Both the position numbers and the translations under genes were made by a program. Shown here piece after piece: positions 19,972-32,566 of a DNA stretch of 33,730 nucleotides. The DNA is taken from sequence record SRR31156797_195. The stretch is one strand, 5' to 3'. Below the pieces are notes generated by a model. The model ran no database searches. It saw nothing but the letters and a program-made list of their open reading frames with translations, and was not told the DNA's origin. Position 1 is the stretch's first letter. The number at the start of each line of letters is the position of its first letter.

Positions 19972-20142
19972 CTATTTATAGAAAGACCTTAAAAATTCTT
20001 CATCCTTTGGGGACAGGTTAAAACGTGCACCGGCCTCTTCAATTAGCTTGTTGGGCTCTACAGTTTGATCTTCCTTCAAATTCTCCGATATCCACTTGAT
20101 GGCCTGCCTGACATTTTTCCCTTCCGGTTGAATGGTTCCCAT
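19972..20142 (-). CDS. Small hypothetical protein (56 aa), below the ORF-track cutoff
   Basis: MGTIQPEGKNVRQAIKWISENLKEDQTVEPNKLIEEAGARFNLSPKDEEFLRSFYK; GGAG SD upstream; 33 nt downstream of birA on the same strand; amphipathic helical pattern. Confidence 0.75.
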   Translation of the reverse strand: MGTIQPEGKNVRQAIKWISENLKEDQTVEPNKLIEEAGARFNLSPKDEEFLRSFYK

Positions 20143-20175
20143 ATTAAAGATTCTCCATTGTTAAAACTTTCCTTA

Positions 20176-21054
20176 TCAGAAATTGGAAGGTTCAAAAAAA
20201 TTCATTTTAACGGAAACATCGCCGCACACAAATTTTCTTTCATGTCCTTCCACGGTAATGAGCGTTAAAGCACCATTTTGATCAATACATGCCGCTTTTC
20301 CTTCAACATGTTCTTTTCCCGTTTCAATCACCACAGATTTCCCGATTATGGCGGATTTCTCGTTCCATCTTTTGTAGAAACGCTCAGAGGGGTTCTTGTC
20401 CCCCACTACTTCATGATAAAAACCCTCGAACCTTTTCAAGAGATTACCGAGGAGAGATTCTCTAGATACCTTTTCTTGTGTTTCAGCAAAAATACTTGAT
20501 GTTGGATACAGTAGCTTTTCGTCTATCGAAGGATTCCAATTGACGTTCAACCCCATTCCTAGAACGACGTATTGAACAATCCCTTGTTTAACAGCGAATT
20601 CAGTCAGAATTCCCCCAAGTTTTTTATCACCCATATAGATGTCATTGGGCCATTTGATGGTGGCATTTAACCCGCTCATTTGTTGTATCGCATCAATTAC
20701 CGCCAAAGCAATGATCATGGTCAAAACAAACACCCGCTTCGGCGGAAATGCGGGCCGCAATAAAACGGAAAAGAGAAGATTTTCACCTTTTTTTGAAAAC
20801 CATTGTCTTCCCAATCTGCCAATTCCGGCACTTTGTACATCAGCGATCACGACGGTTCCCTCGGGAAACCCTTGTTGTGCAAGCTTTTTCAAAAAAACAT
20901 TTGTGGACCCGATGGTATCTCTGAAAATAACATTTTTTCCGAAAATGCAATTTCCCAATACGCTGGAAAGCACATCAAGGTTGAAAGTTTCTGAAGGATC
21001 AAATGGATCCATTCTCAAGGTGTCTTTTTTCATATAAGGCTCCACTAAAGCCAA
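20176..21054 (-). CDS. birA: Biotin--protein ligase without an N-terminal HTH (group I type)
   Basis: GSTN, QSAGIGRLGRQW, KWPND, KLGGILTE, GMGLNVN, C-terminal GDV. The start could be a downstream ATG (e.g. 21033). Confidence 0.92.
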   Translation of the reverse strand: MALVEPYMKKDTLRMDPFDPSETFNLDVLSSVLGNCIFGKNVIFRDTIGSTNVFLKKLAQQGFPEGTVVIADVQSAGIGRLGRQWFSKKGENLLFSVLLRPAFPPKRVFVLTMIIALAVIDAIQQMSGLNATIKWPNDIYMGDKKLGGILTEFAVKQGIVQYVVLGMGLNVNWNPSIDEKLLYPTSSIFAETQEKVSRESLLGNLLKRFEGFYHEVVGDKNPSERFYKRWNEKSAIIGKSVVIETGKEHVEGKAACIDQNGALTLITVEGHERKFVCGDVSVKMNFFEPSNF

Positions 21055-21059
21055 AAACT

Positions 21060-22085
21060 TTAATGTTCCAACTCTGCCTTTAAATCTCGTGTCATGAGCT
21101 CTTTAACAGCTTGCCGTGGATTTTTTTCCTGATACAAAATTTCATATACCTGTTGGACAATGGGCATACTCACATTCATTTTTTTGGACAGTTGATAAGC
21201 GGATTTGGCGGTCTTTATTCCCTCGGCAACCATATTCATGCGGGAGGTAATTTCATGAATGGTTTTTCCTTTTCCCACCTGAAGTCCCACAGTCCTATTT
21301 CGGCTCATATCTCCTGTGCAAGTAAGAACAAGGTCACCCATACCTGCAAGTCCCGCAAAAGTATGGGGGTTGGCTCCCATTTGAACGCCCAGGCGCGTAA
21401 TCTCAGCCAGTCCCCGTGTAATCAGTGCGGCCCGCGCGTTATGCCCAAAATTCAGTCCGTCCGCCACACCCGCTGCAATGGCAATGACGTTTTTGAGCGC
21501 ACCACCCAACTGTGTTCCCACCACATCTTTACCAAGGTAGACACGAAAAAAATCGGTTGAAAAAAGTCTCTGGACCTTCTCCCCATGGAGGGAATTCTCA
21601 CAGGCGATGCTTACCGCCGTTGGGAACTTCCGACTCACCTCTGTTGCGAAACTAGGTCCCGCAAGACAGGCAAATTGGTTCAAGAACCGAGAACCTAAAA
21701 CCGCTTCAACCACTTGGCTCATTATCATCAAGGAATCATTTTCAATCCCTTTGGTAGCCATCATAACATACATGCCGGAGTGCAAATATGGCTTTATCCC
21801 TTGCAGCACTTCTCTAAATACGTGAGACGGCACCGCAAGGAGAACCAGTTGTTTCCCTTCCAATGCCGATTCAAAATGGGATACAGCTTTCAGGGTGGGC
21901 GCTAATTGCACATCCGGTAAAAACAGATGATTGGTATGGGTGTCATTTATTTCCTTATAAACCTCTTTTTCCCGGGCCCATAGATCCACATGAACACCTT
22001 CCTTTCCCGCCAGAAGGTTGGCCAATGCGGTCCCCCAGCTACCCGCACCGATTACGGCGATTCTTTTCAACTCAGGTACCGCCAC
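21060..22085 (-). CDS. gpsA: NAD(P)H-dependent glycerol-3-phosphate dehydrogenase
   Basis: IGAGSWGTALA, TKGIE, GPSFA.EV, GGALKNVIAIAAG, GDLVLTCTG..SRNR. Confidence 0.97.
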   Translation of the reverse strand: MAVPELKRIAVIGAGSWGTALANLLAGKEGVHVDLWAREKEVYKEINDTHTNHLFLPDVQLAPTLKAVSHFESALEGKQLVLLAVPSHVFREVLQGIKPYLHSGMYVMMATKGIENDSLMIMSQVVEAVLGSRFLNQFACLAGPSFATEVSRKFPTAVSIACENSLHGEKVQRLFSTDFFRVYLGKDVVGTQLGGALKNVIAIAAGVADGLNFGHNARAALITRGLAEITRLGVQMGANPHTFAGLAGMGDLVLTCTGDMSRNRTVGLQVGKGKTIHEITSRMNMVAEGIKTAKSAYQLSKKMNVSMPIVQQVYEILYQEKNPRQAVKELMTRDLKAELEH

Positions 22086-22142
22086 AGATTACGTTCCTTT
22101 CAAAAAATTCTTTGATCCCGGTTCAATCCCATGAATTCCTGT

Positions 22143-24566
22143 TTATTCTTCTTCCATAATCTTGGCGACACCCACAACCTTTTCCCCTTCCCCAAGATTG
22201 ATCAGTTTTACCCCTTGTGTGTTTCTACCGATAACTGAAATATCCGCAACCCTTAATCGAATAATTTTACCGTGCCCCGTGATAATCATCAGTTCATCCT
22301 GATCGGTCACCTCATAAGCATAAACAACCGTTCCGTTTCTTTCACTTGTTTTGATGGTAATAACGCCTTTTCCGGCTCTTGATTGGGTCCGATATTCATC
22401 GGTTTTGGTTCTTTTACCAAACCCGTTTTCCGTAACCGTCAGAATCGTAGCCCCTTCACCGAGGGTCGCCATTCCGACCACTTCATTACCCGGCGCCATC
22501 TTAATGCCGATATTTCCAGAAGCAACTCTCCCCATACTTCTCAATTCAGATTCTTTGAATCGGATGGATTTTCCTTCTTTGGTGGTCAGAAAAATATCCT
22601 GTTCGCCACTGGAAATCCTTACGGCAATTAATTCATCATTCTCTTTAATCTTCAACCCGATAGTGCCAACGGACCTGGGATGACTGTATGCTTTAAGCTC
22701 CGTCTTTTTAACCAAACCCATTTTTGTGGCCATGACCACATATTTTCCTTCTTCGTAATCTCGAACAGGGAGTATGGTGGCCAACCGTTCTCCCTTCTTC
22801 AGATCCAGGAGATTCACAATGGCCTTTCCCCGGGAGGTTCTTCCACCTTCCGGAATTTCATGAACTTTTTTCCAGTACACCCGCCCCTTGTTACTGAAAA
22901 ATAGAAAAGAATCGTGGGAAGACGCCACAAAGAGATGCTCCACAAAATCCTCTTCTTTAGGTTTGGCACCGGTGAGACCCTTCCCTCCCCGTCTCTGAGC
23001 CCGATAGAGGCTTATGGGATTTCTTTTGATATACCCTTTGTGACTGATGGTCACCACCATGTCTTCTTCAGCGATAAGATCTTCCATATCGATCTCTTCG
23101 GCATCCTCAATAATCTCCGTCCGCCTTTCATCGCCGTAAGCGTCTTTAATCTGGGTGAGTTCTTCTTTGATAATATCTAAAACCATTTTAGGCGTAGCCA
23201 AAATTGCTTTATAATGGGCGATGTCTTTTAAGAGCGCTTCATATTCCGAATGAATTTTTTCTCTTTCCAGCCCAGTAAGCCGCTGCAGTCTCATGTCCAG
23301 GATTGCCTGTGCCTGTATATCCGAGAATTGGAACTCTGAAATCAGTCTGCCCTTGGCTTCTTTGGCATCAGCGGAAGATCGGATCAACTCAATGACTTCA
23401 TCCAGAAAATCAAGAGCTTTCTTAAGCCCTTCCAAAATATGGGCCCGCGCTTCCGCCTTCTTCAGCTCAAAGATTGTTCTCCTGACGATCACTTCACGGC
23501 GGTGCTTTATGAAATGATCGATCATTCCCTTAAGGGTCAGGATTTCCGGACGTCCATTAACAATGGCCAACAAAATAATGCCGAAGGAAACCTCCATTTG
23601 TGTGTATTTATAGAGCTGATTTAGAATGACCAGGGCATGAGCGTCCCGCTTTGTTTCAATAACGATGCGCATGCCGTCTCTGTCCGACTCATCGCGAATT
23701 TCGGATATCCCCTCTATTTTCTTTTCCCTCACTTGAGCCGCCATCTTTTCAAGCAGTTTTCCCTTGTTCACCTGGTAAGGAATTTCGGAGACAATAATCC
23801 TCTCTTTTTTGTGAGCGTATTTTTCCACAAACCCCCTGGCCCTGACCTTGATAATACCCCGTCCCGTACTGTAAGCATCAACAATTCCTTTTTTCCCGAT
23901 AATAAACCCTGAAGTCGGAAAATCCGGTCCCGGTATGACACGCATTAATTCCTCAATGTTAACATGGGGGTTGTCAACAACCTTTTCAATTCCATCACAG
24001 ATTTCCGAAAGATTGTGGGGCGGGATATTGGTTGCCATTCCAACAGCGATCCCTGAAGATCCATTGACCAGTAAATTCGGCACCTTTGTGGGAAGAACCA
24101 GGGGCTCGAGAAGAGTACCGTCATAAGTAGGTGCGAAATCAACCGTTTCTTTTTCAAGGTCATCCAGAAAATCCTGTGCCGTTCTCGTCATCCGCACTTC
24201 GGTGTATCGCATTGCAGCGGGGGGATCCCCGTCCACGGACCCGAAATTTCCCTGGCCATCCACAAGACAATATCTCAGGGAAAAATCCTGCGCCATCCGA
24301 ACAATGGTATCGTATACGGCGCTGTCCCCGTGGGGATGATATTTACCGATAACATCACCCACAACCCTTGCAGATTTCTTAAAAGGCCTGTTAAAAAAGT
24401 TCTTAAGGTCATTCATGGCGAACAGCACACGCCTGTGAACCGGTTTCAACCCGTCCCGAATGTCCGGCAGTGCGCGGCCCACGATAACGCTCATGGAATA
24501 TTCGAGATAAGATTTTTTCATCTCATCTTCAATGTTTACAAATTCAGGTTCTAAATCCTGCAGCAT
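22143..24566 (-). CDS. gyrA: DNA gyrase subunit A
   Basis: [28 protein letters not shown], GyrA-box QRRGGKG. Confidence 0.98.
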   Translation of the reverse strand: MLQDLEPEFVNIEDEMKKSYLEYSMSVIVGRALPDIRDGLKPVHRRVLFAMNDLKNFFNRPFKKSARVVGDVIGKYHPHGDSAVYDTIVRMAQDFSLRYCLVDGQGNFGSVDGDPPAAMRYTEVRMTRTAQDFLDDLEKETVDFAPTYDGTLLEPLVLPTKVPNLLVNGSSGIAVGMATNIPPHNLSEICDGIEKVVDNPHVNIEELMRVIPGPDFPTSGFIIGKKGIVDAYSTGRGIIKVRARGFVEKYAHKKERIIVSEIPYQVNKGKLLEKMAAQVREKKIEGISEIRDESDRDGMRIVIETKRDAHALVILNQLYKYTQMEVSFGIILLAIVNGRPEILTLKGMIDHFIKHRREVIVRRTIFELKKAEARAHILEGLKKALDFLDEVIELIRSSADAKEAKGRLISEFQFSDIQAQAILDMRLQRLTGLEREKIHSEYEALLKDIAHYKAILATPKMVLDIIKEELTQIKDAYGDERRTEIIEDAEEIDMEDLIAEEDMVVTISHKGYIKRNPISLYRAQRRGGKGLTGAKPKEEDFVEHLFVASSHDSFLFFSNKGRVYWKKVHEIPEGGRTSRGKAIVNLLDLKKGERLATILPVRDYEEGKYVVMATKMGLVKKTELKAYSHPRSVGTIGLKIKENDELIAVRISSGEQDIFLTTKEGKSIRFKESELRSMGRVASGNIGIKMAPGNEVVGMATLGEGATILTVTENGFGKRTKTDEYRTQSRAGKGVITIKTSERNGTVVYAYEVTDQDELMIITGHGKIIRLRVADISVIGRNTQGVKLINLGEGEKVVGVAKIMEEE

Positions 24567-24688
24567 AATATTTTGGTTTCTCCAATCTCTCTCATTTTAC
24601 ATAAACACAAGGACAAACACACAGACCAGCCTCTACAATTTTATTCCCGTTTCCGCCCCGGAATAAGGGAACCAACCGAGATCGGTCA

Positions 24689-28193
<3,505 letters not shown>

Positions 28194-28423
28194 TGTTTCC
28201 TCCGTTGGTGATGTAGTTGTTATTCTTTTATGTCTTTAGAAATAACTCTAATAATAAAATGCTGTAGATTTGTTTAAAAATTGAGTAACCCTCTGGTTTT
28301 TCGTATATTATTTTCATAAACCATTTATAAAGAAATGATCTGCAACTTTCAGAAAAAAAACGGGTTGTCAATTTTTATACTTTTTGAACAAAGGTTGACA
28401 AAAATTTGGACAGATCTGAAATC
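28194..28423. other. Candidate replication origin (oriC-like dnaA-dnaN spacer)
   Basis: 230-bp AT-rich spacer; minus strand reads TTTTAAACA-AATCTACA-GC-ATTT-TAT-TAT-TAG, resembling a tandem DnaA box + GC + DnaA-trio unwinding module; the boxes are degenerate. Confidence 0.55.
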
Positions 28424-29746
28424 CTACCCAACCGAATCATTTGAAAGAAACCCCCTTAACTTATTTATATCATTAACAACAGATATTTTTGACTTAATAT
28501 TTTCTTCAATATTATTGATTGAGTAAATTATCGACGAATGATGCTTGTTCCCGAATGCTCTTCCAATTTCTTTTAAAGACAAATCCGTGTATTTTCTTGT
28601 CAGGAAAATGGCCACTTGTCTGGGATAAGAGATTTTCCGCTCTTTTTTTCGGCTCAAAAGATCGGATGGCGAAATCTTAAAATATTTCGCTGTGATTTTT
28701 TGAATATGCTCAGGACCAATCTGAACATGAAGTTTATTTTCAAGAATGGACTGCACAATGGAAATATCCATTTTGTTTCCGTAAATAGGTGCGTGGTCTT
28801 TGATTTTCTGAATTTGACGGGCAAGATTTTTCAGGTCATTGGTTGAGCTTGCCAGAAAGAACTGTGCGTCCTCTCGAAACTGAATACCCTGTTGTTTTGC
28901 TTTTTGGTGGACCACCTTCATTTTCGTTTCTTGATCAGGGACCTTTATTTCAGTAATCAAACCCCATTCAAGGCGGGAACGCAATTGGGGTAAAAGGTTT
29001 TTTATCTGGCTCGGAGGTGCGGAGGCGGCAACCACCAACTGGCGTTTTGATTCTAGAAACAGACTACACAGAGAAAGCAGTTCTTTTTGTATCTTATCCT
29101 GAGAGGCGATAGCCTGAATATCGTCGAGCAACAAAAAGCAAGGTGGCCTTTCTTCTCCCCAGAAAGTGTTAATTCTTTCAGGAGTCGTTTTTTCGAATTG
29201 GGAAATAATGTTTTCAGCTGACAGGTAAATGGCTTTTTTATCAGGGTCTTTTTTCATGGCCTCATTGCCGATTGCGTGCAATAGATGGGTTTTCCCCAGG
29301 CTCCATTTGCTAAAGATATAAAGAGGATTATACTTGTGGGACGGATTGTTTGCAACATCCAGTGCTGAGGAGCAGGCCAGCCCGTTGGAACGGGCTTTAA
29401 TGAAATCGGAAAAGGTACGGGACGGATCCAATCCAAGGGGAAAGGATGTTTTTGAACTTTTAGGGATACGTTTCTTTTTTTCTTTTGTTCTGCTTCGAAG
29501 GGTTCGGTAAGAAAATCGGATGGCCGGCCGGGTACCCGAAATCTCTTGCAACAGCAGTCGTATGGGCTCACTGTAATTTTCAGAAAGCCATGCTGCGACA
29601 AATTTGTTTGGAACCTCAATAACAACCAATTCCGGGCTGATCTCCTGTAGAGATGTTTGTGACAGCCAGGTTTTGAACTCGGATTTAGGAATGTCGTCCT
29701 TGATGTTCCGTTTTATTTGATCCCATATTTCATTTTTGGTTGTCAT
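28424..29746 (-). CDS. dnaA: Chromosomal replication initiator DnaA homologue (divergent)
   Basis: All four domains recognisable (TWL, VPNKF; NPLYI...LGKTHLL, LLLDDIQ, LRSRLEWGL; PRQVAIFL, SLKEIGRAFG); directly upstream of dnaN. Confidence 0.93.
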   Translation of the reverse strand: MTTKNEIWDQIKRNIKDDIPKSEFKTWLSQTSLQEISPELVVIEVPNKFVAAWLSENYSEPIRLLLQEISGTRPAIRFSYRTLRSRTKEKKKRIPKSSKTSFPLGLDPSRTFSDFIKARSNGLACSSALDVANNPSHKYNPLYIFSKWSLGKTHLLHAIGNEAMKKDPDKKAIYLSAENIISQFEKTTPERINTFWGEERPPCFLLLDDIQAIASQDKIQKELLSLCSLFLESKRQLVVAASAPPSQIKNLLPQLRSRLEWGLITEIKVPDQETKMKVVHQKAKQQGIQFREDAQFFLASSTNDLKNLARQIQKIKDHAPIYGNKMDISIVQSILENKLHVQIGPEHIQKITAKYFKISPSDLLSRKKERKISYPRQVAIFLTRKYTDLSLKEIGRAFGNKHHSSIIYSINNIEENIKSKISVVNDINKLRGFLSNDSVG

Positions 29747-29855
29747 GGAGAACAGTTGTAGGTTAGTAAAAAGGATTTTTTAAAAAACAGTGTATTTTAG
29801 ATATTTTTTGAAAAGATAGCAATTAAAATTTATCTTTCACCATGGGGAGGAAAAC

Positions 29856-30602
29856 ATGACGTATTCAATTGCTTTAGCTGGAAAAGGGGGTACCGGTAAA
29901 ACGACAACAGCGGGTATGCTTGTCAAATATCTGGTGGAGAAAGGCGAAACGCCCGTATTGGCCGTAGATGCCGATGCCAATGCGAATCTTAATGAGGTGT
30001 TGGGCTTGACGGCGGGGGAAACGCTAGGGGATGCCAGGGAAGACATGAAAACAGGTGTGTCGCCGGGCATGACAAAAGATATTTATATGGAAATGAAACT
30101 TCAGGAAGCGATCGTTGAGTCAAAGGGATTTGATCTGATTGTCATGGGACGTCCTGAAGGCTCCGGATGCTATTGTGCGGCCAATACGCTTTTGACACAA
30201 TATCTGGAAAAGTTGATGGATAACTACAGGTATCTTGTGGTGGACAATGAGGCGGGCATGGAACATATCAGCCGGCTCACCACCAACAACATCGACGTAC
30301 TCCTTGTGGTATCCGATGCCACAAGGAGAGGATTGCAGGCGGCCCATCGCATTGTGGAATTAACGGATGCCCTCAAATTGAATATCAGCCGAAAAGTTGT
30401 CATGGTTAACCGGGCAAAGCCTGGTCAATCGGAGGCTTTGGACGAGGCGCTCAACCAGTATGAAATGGATTTCATCGGTACCGTCCCCGAAGATCCAGAA
30501 GTCCAACTCTTTGACCTGGAAGGAAGGCCGACAGTGGAATTGCCGAGCGAGAATGAAGCAATGAAAGCCGCATACCGCATTTTTGACGATATAATTCCAT
30601 AA
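29856..30602 (+). CDS. cooC: CooC/AcsF-type CODH/ACS nickel-insertion ATPase
   Basis: GKGGTGKTT, VDADAN.NL, GSGCYC, DNEAGMEHISR; upstream of acsD-cooS. Confidence 0.92.
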   Translation: MTYSIALAGKGGTGKTTTAGMLVKYLVEKGETPVLAVDADANANLNEVLGLTAGETLGDAREDMKTGVSPGMTKDIYMEMKLQEAIVESKGFDLIVMGRPEGSGCYCAANTLLTQYLEKLMDNYRYLVVDNEAGMEHISRLTTNNIDVLLVVSDATRRGLQAAHRIVELTDALKLNISRKVVMVNRAKPGQSEALDEALNQYEMDFIGTVPEDPEVQLFDLEGRPTVELPSENEAMKAAYRIFDDIIP

Positions 30603-30606
30603 GTAT

Positions 30607-30650
30607 CCCCATATATTGTATATTGGTCATGTCTTATACAATATATAGGG
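30607..30650. repeat. 16-bp inverted repeat (1 mismatch, 12-nt spacer); each arm NrdR-box-like
   Basis: CCCCATATATTGTATA-ttggtcatgtct-TATACAATATATAGGG. Confidence 0.7.
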
Positions 30651-30696
30651 TTAGCAATTCGTCAGGAAACCCGTTTAAATTACAGGCAAAAACCCC

Positions 30697-30725
30697 TTGA
30701 CAACTTTTTAATAATCTTCTAACTT
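30697..30725 (+). promoter_or_regulatory. Putative sigma70 promoter for acsD-cooS
   Basis: TTGACA (30697-30702)-N17-TAACTT (30720-30725). Confidence 0.65.
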
Positions 30726-30769
30726 ACAGCCGATGACCTCGGAAGCAGAGGTATTTTTTTGCACCGGCT

Positions 30770-30787
30770 ATGTAAAATTTTTCACAA
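30770..30787. promoter_or_regulatory. Rex-like operator
   Basis: ATGTAAAATTTTTCACAA versus Rex consensus TTGTGAA-N4-TTCACAA: 2 mismatches, AT-only centre. Confidence 0.55.
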
Positions 30788-30943
30788 GTGAGTTCCGTTA
30801 CGCTTTCTATAGAGGAATTATTCCTTTATCGCTATCGTCTAATGGATGGTTTTTTTCGGAAAGAAAGATGGTTTTTTATATGAGGCCGTGGCGATAAACC
30901 ACGATTGTGAACAAACAAAGAATCCAAGAAGGAGGTACACAAA

Positions 30944-32485
30944 TTGGCCTTTGAGATTCCCGAACAACCCTATTCCGGAAAAATAGGGGAAACGACACTC
31001 GGCGTCGGTGACGGCGCCGTAAAACTGGGTGGAGGAGACTCATACCCGTTCCATCTCTTTGAAGGCAATATGCCCAATGCCCCCAAGGTAGCCATGGAAG
31101 TCTGGGATTATGACCCTTCAGAAGAATGGCCCAAGGCGGCGGTTGCACCGTTTAAGGATGTGATTGCTTCACCTGAGGCATGGGCAAAAAAATGTGTGGA
31201 CGAATACGGCGCCGATCTAATTGTGTTGCAGTTAAAAGGCACTGATCCGAACGGAATGGACCGCGCTGCTGATGAGACTGCGGAAATCGTCAAAACGGTT
31301 GTCGATGCGGTGGATGTACCTCTGGTTCTGTGGGGAACCGCCAACAACGCAAAGGATGAAGATGTGCTGAAAAAGATCTCGGAAACCTGCGAGGGCAAGA
31401 ATGTGGCGCTCGGACCGGTGGAAGAGGCAAATCACAAGGGTGTGGGTGCCAGCGCTCTCGGCTATGGCCAAGCCATTGTTTCCTCTTCTCCCATCGATGT
31501 GAACCTGGCCAAACAGCTCAATATTCTACTCAGTAATCTGGGCGTTAACAGCGACAAGATTATCATCGATCCCACCACCGGCGGTCTGGGATACGGTATG
31601 GAATATTCATACTCCGTCATGGAACGGATTATGATGGCGGCCTTGACCCAGGAAGACGATAAACTTCAGATCCCCATGATCTGCAATCTGGGGAATGAAA
31701 TCTGGAAATGCAAGGAAGCCAAAGAGGCCATTGAAGACGCCCCAACCCTGGGTGATCCTGAAAAGCGGGGGATTATGATGGAGTCCGTGGCGGCCGTCTG
31801 TTACCTGTTGGCCGGCGCATCCGTGGTTGTTCTTCGTCATCCGGAAAGTGTTCGGTTGACCAAATCATTTATCCAATTGCTCTCAAACGGCGGGACCGCT
31901 TCAAATGTGGCTGACGTATCCAAAGTTCTTGACCTTGAAAAGGCGGATCTTCTGGCTGTTTCTCCCGAACCCAACCTGGATTTTGGGGAGACGGAAGCTG
32001 TAAAGAAGCCGGCTGCCAAGGCGGCTCCCGCACCCAAAGCAGAAACCAAACCGGAAGCAAAGCCAGAAGTGAAGGAAGCACCCAAGGCGGCTCCCGCACC
32101 GAAGGCGGAAGCCAAACCCGAAGTGAAGGAAGAGCCAAAAGAGGATCCGGAAGCGAAGGCCAAGGCAGAAGCCAAAGCCAAAGCGGAAGCGGAAGCCAAG
32201 GCCAAAGCGGAGGCGGAAGCCAAAGCCAAGGCAGAGGCGGAAGCCAAAGCGGAAGCGGAAGCCAGGGCCGAGGCGGAAGCCAAAGCCAAAGCGGATGCGG
32301 AAGCTGCGGAAGTGGCCAAACGGGAGGCCGAGGAAGATGCATTGAGGGAAGCCCGTGCGGAAGAGAACCGAAAGCGCATGGAAGCCAGGGCGGGCGCTGG
32401 AAAGAAAAAGATTACCTTGACGGCTGCAAAAACAAAGACAACCAATATCGACAGGATTCTGAATAATCTCAAAAGAATGAGATAA
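30944..32485 (+). CDS. acsD: Corrinoid iron-sulfur protein small subunit (ACS delta) with long Ala/Glu/Lys/Pro-rich C-terminal extension
   Basis: SSPIDVNLAKQLN, IIDPTTGGLGYGMEYSYSVMERI..AAL.Q.D..LQ.P, LRHPES; TTG start with AGGAGG SD. Confidence 0.93.
   Translation: MAFEIPEQPYSGKIGETTLGVGDGAVKLGGGDSYPFHLFEGNMPNAPKVAMEVWDYDPSEEWPKAAVAPFKDVIASPEAWAKKCVDEYGADLIVLQLKGTDPNGMDRAADETAEIVKTVVDAVDVPLVLWGTANNAKDEDVLKKISETCEGKNVALGPVEEANHKGVGASALGYGQAIVSSSPIDVNLAKQLNILLSNLGVNSDKIIIDPTTGGLGYGMEYSYSVMERIMMAALTQEDDKLQIPMICNLGNEIWKCKEAKEAIEDAPTLGDPEKRGIMMESVAAVCYLLAGASVVVLRHPESVRLTKSFIQLLSNGGTASNVADVSKVLDLEKADLLAVSPEPNLDFGETEAVKKPAAKAAPAPKAETKPEAKPEVKEAPKAAPAPKAEAKPEVKEEPKEDPEAKAKAEAKAKAEAEAKAKAEAEAKAKAEAEAKAEAEARAEAEAKAKADAEAAEVAKREAEEDALREARAEENRKRMEARAGAGKKKITLTAAKTKTTNIDRILNNLKRMR
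32016..32305 (+). repeat. Coding repeats in the acsD tail
   Basis: Exact 19-nt direct repeat CCAAGGCGGCTCCCGCACC at 32016 and 32082 (KAAPAPK), then degenerate 18-24-nt units encoding (AE)AEAKAK from about 32150 to 32305. Confidence 0.9.
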
Positions 32486-32566
32486 ACGAGTCTTTATTTT
32501 TGGAAATCAGGTCGTTTAATTTATGAAAGCATCACATTTTATACTAATATGAGGAGGAACCTCAAA

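Noticed and set aside
30726-30943. Cobalamin or THF riboswitch before acsD
   Set aside because: No B12-box or other recognisable conserved core seen.
31837-32472. 211-aa and 157-aa minus-strand ORFs, and CRISPR-like periodicity
   Set aside because: Antisense artefacts of the acsD coding repeat; there are no unique spacers.
32521-32537. Rex-like TTATGAA-AGC-ATCACAT before cooS
   Set aside because: Spacer is 3 nt rather than 4, with three mismatches.
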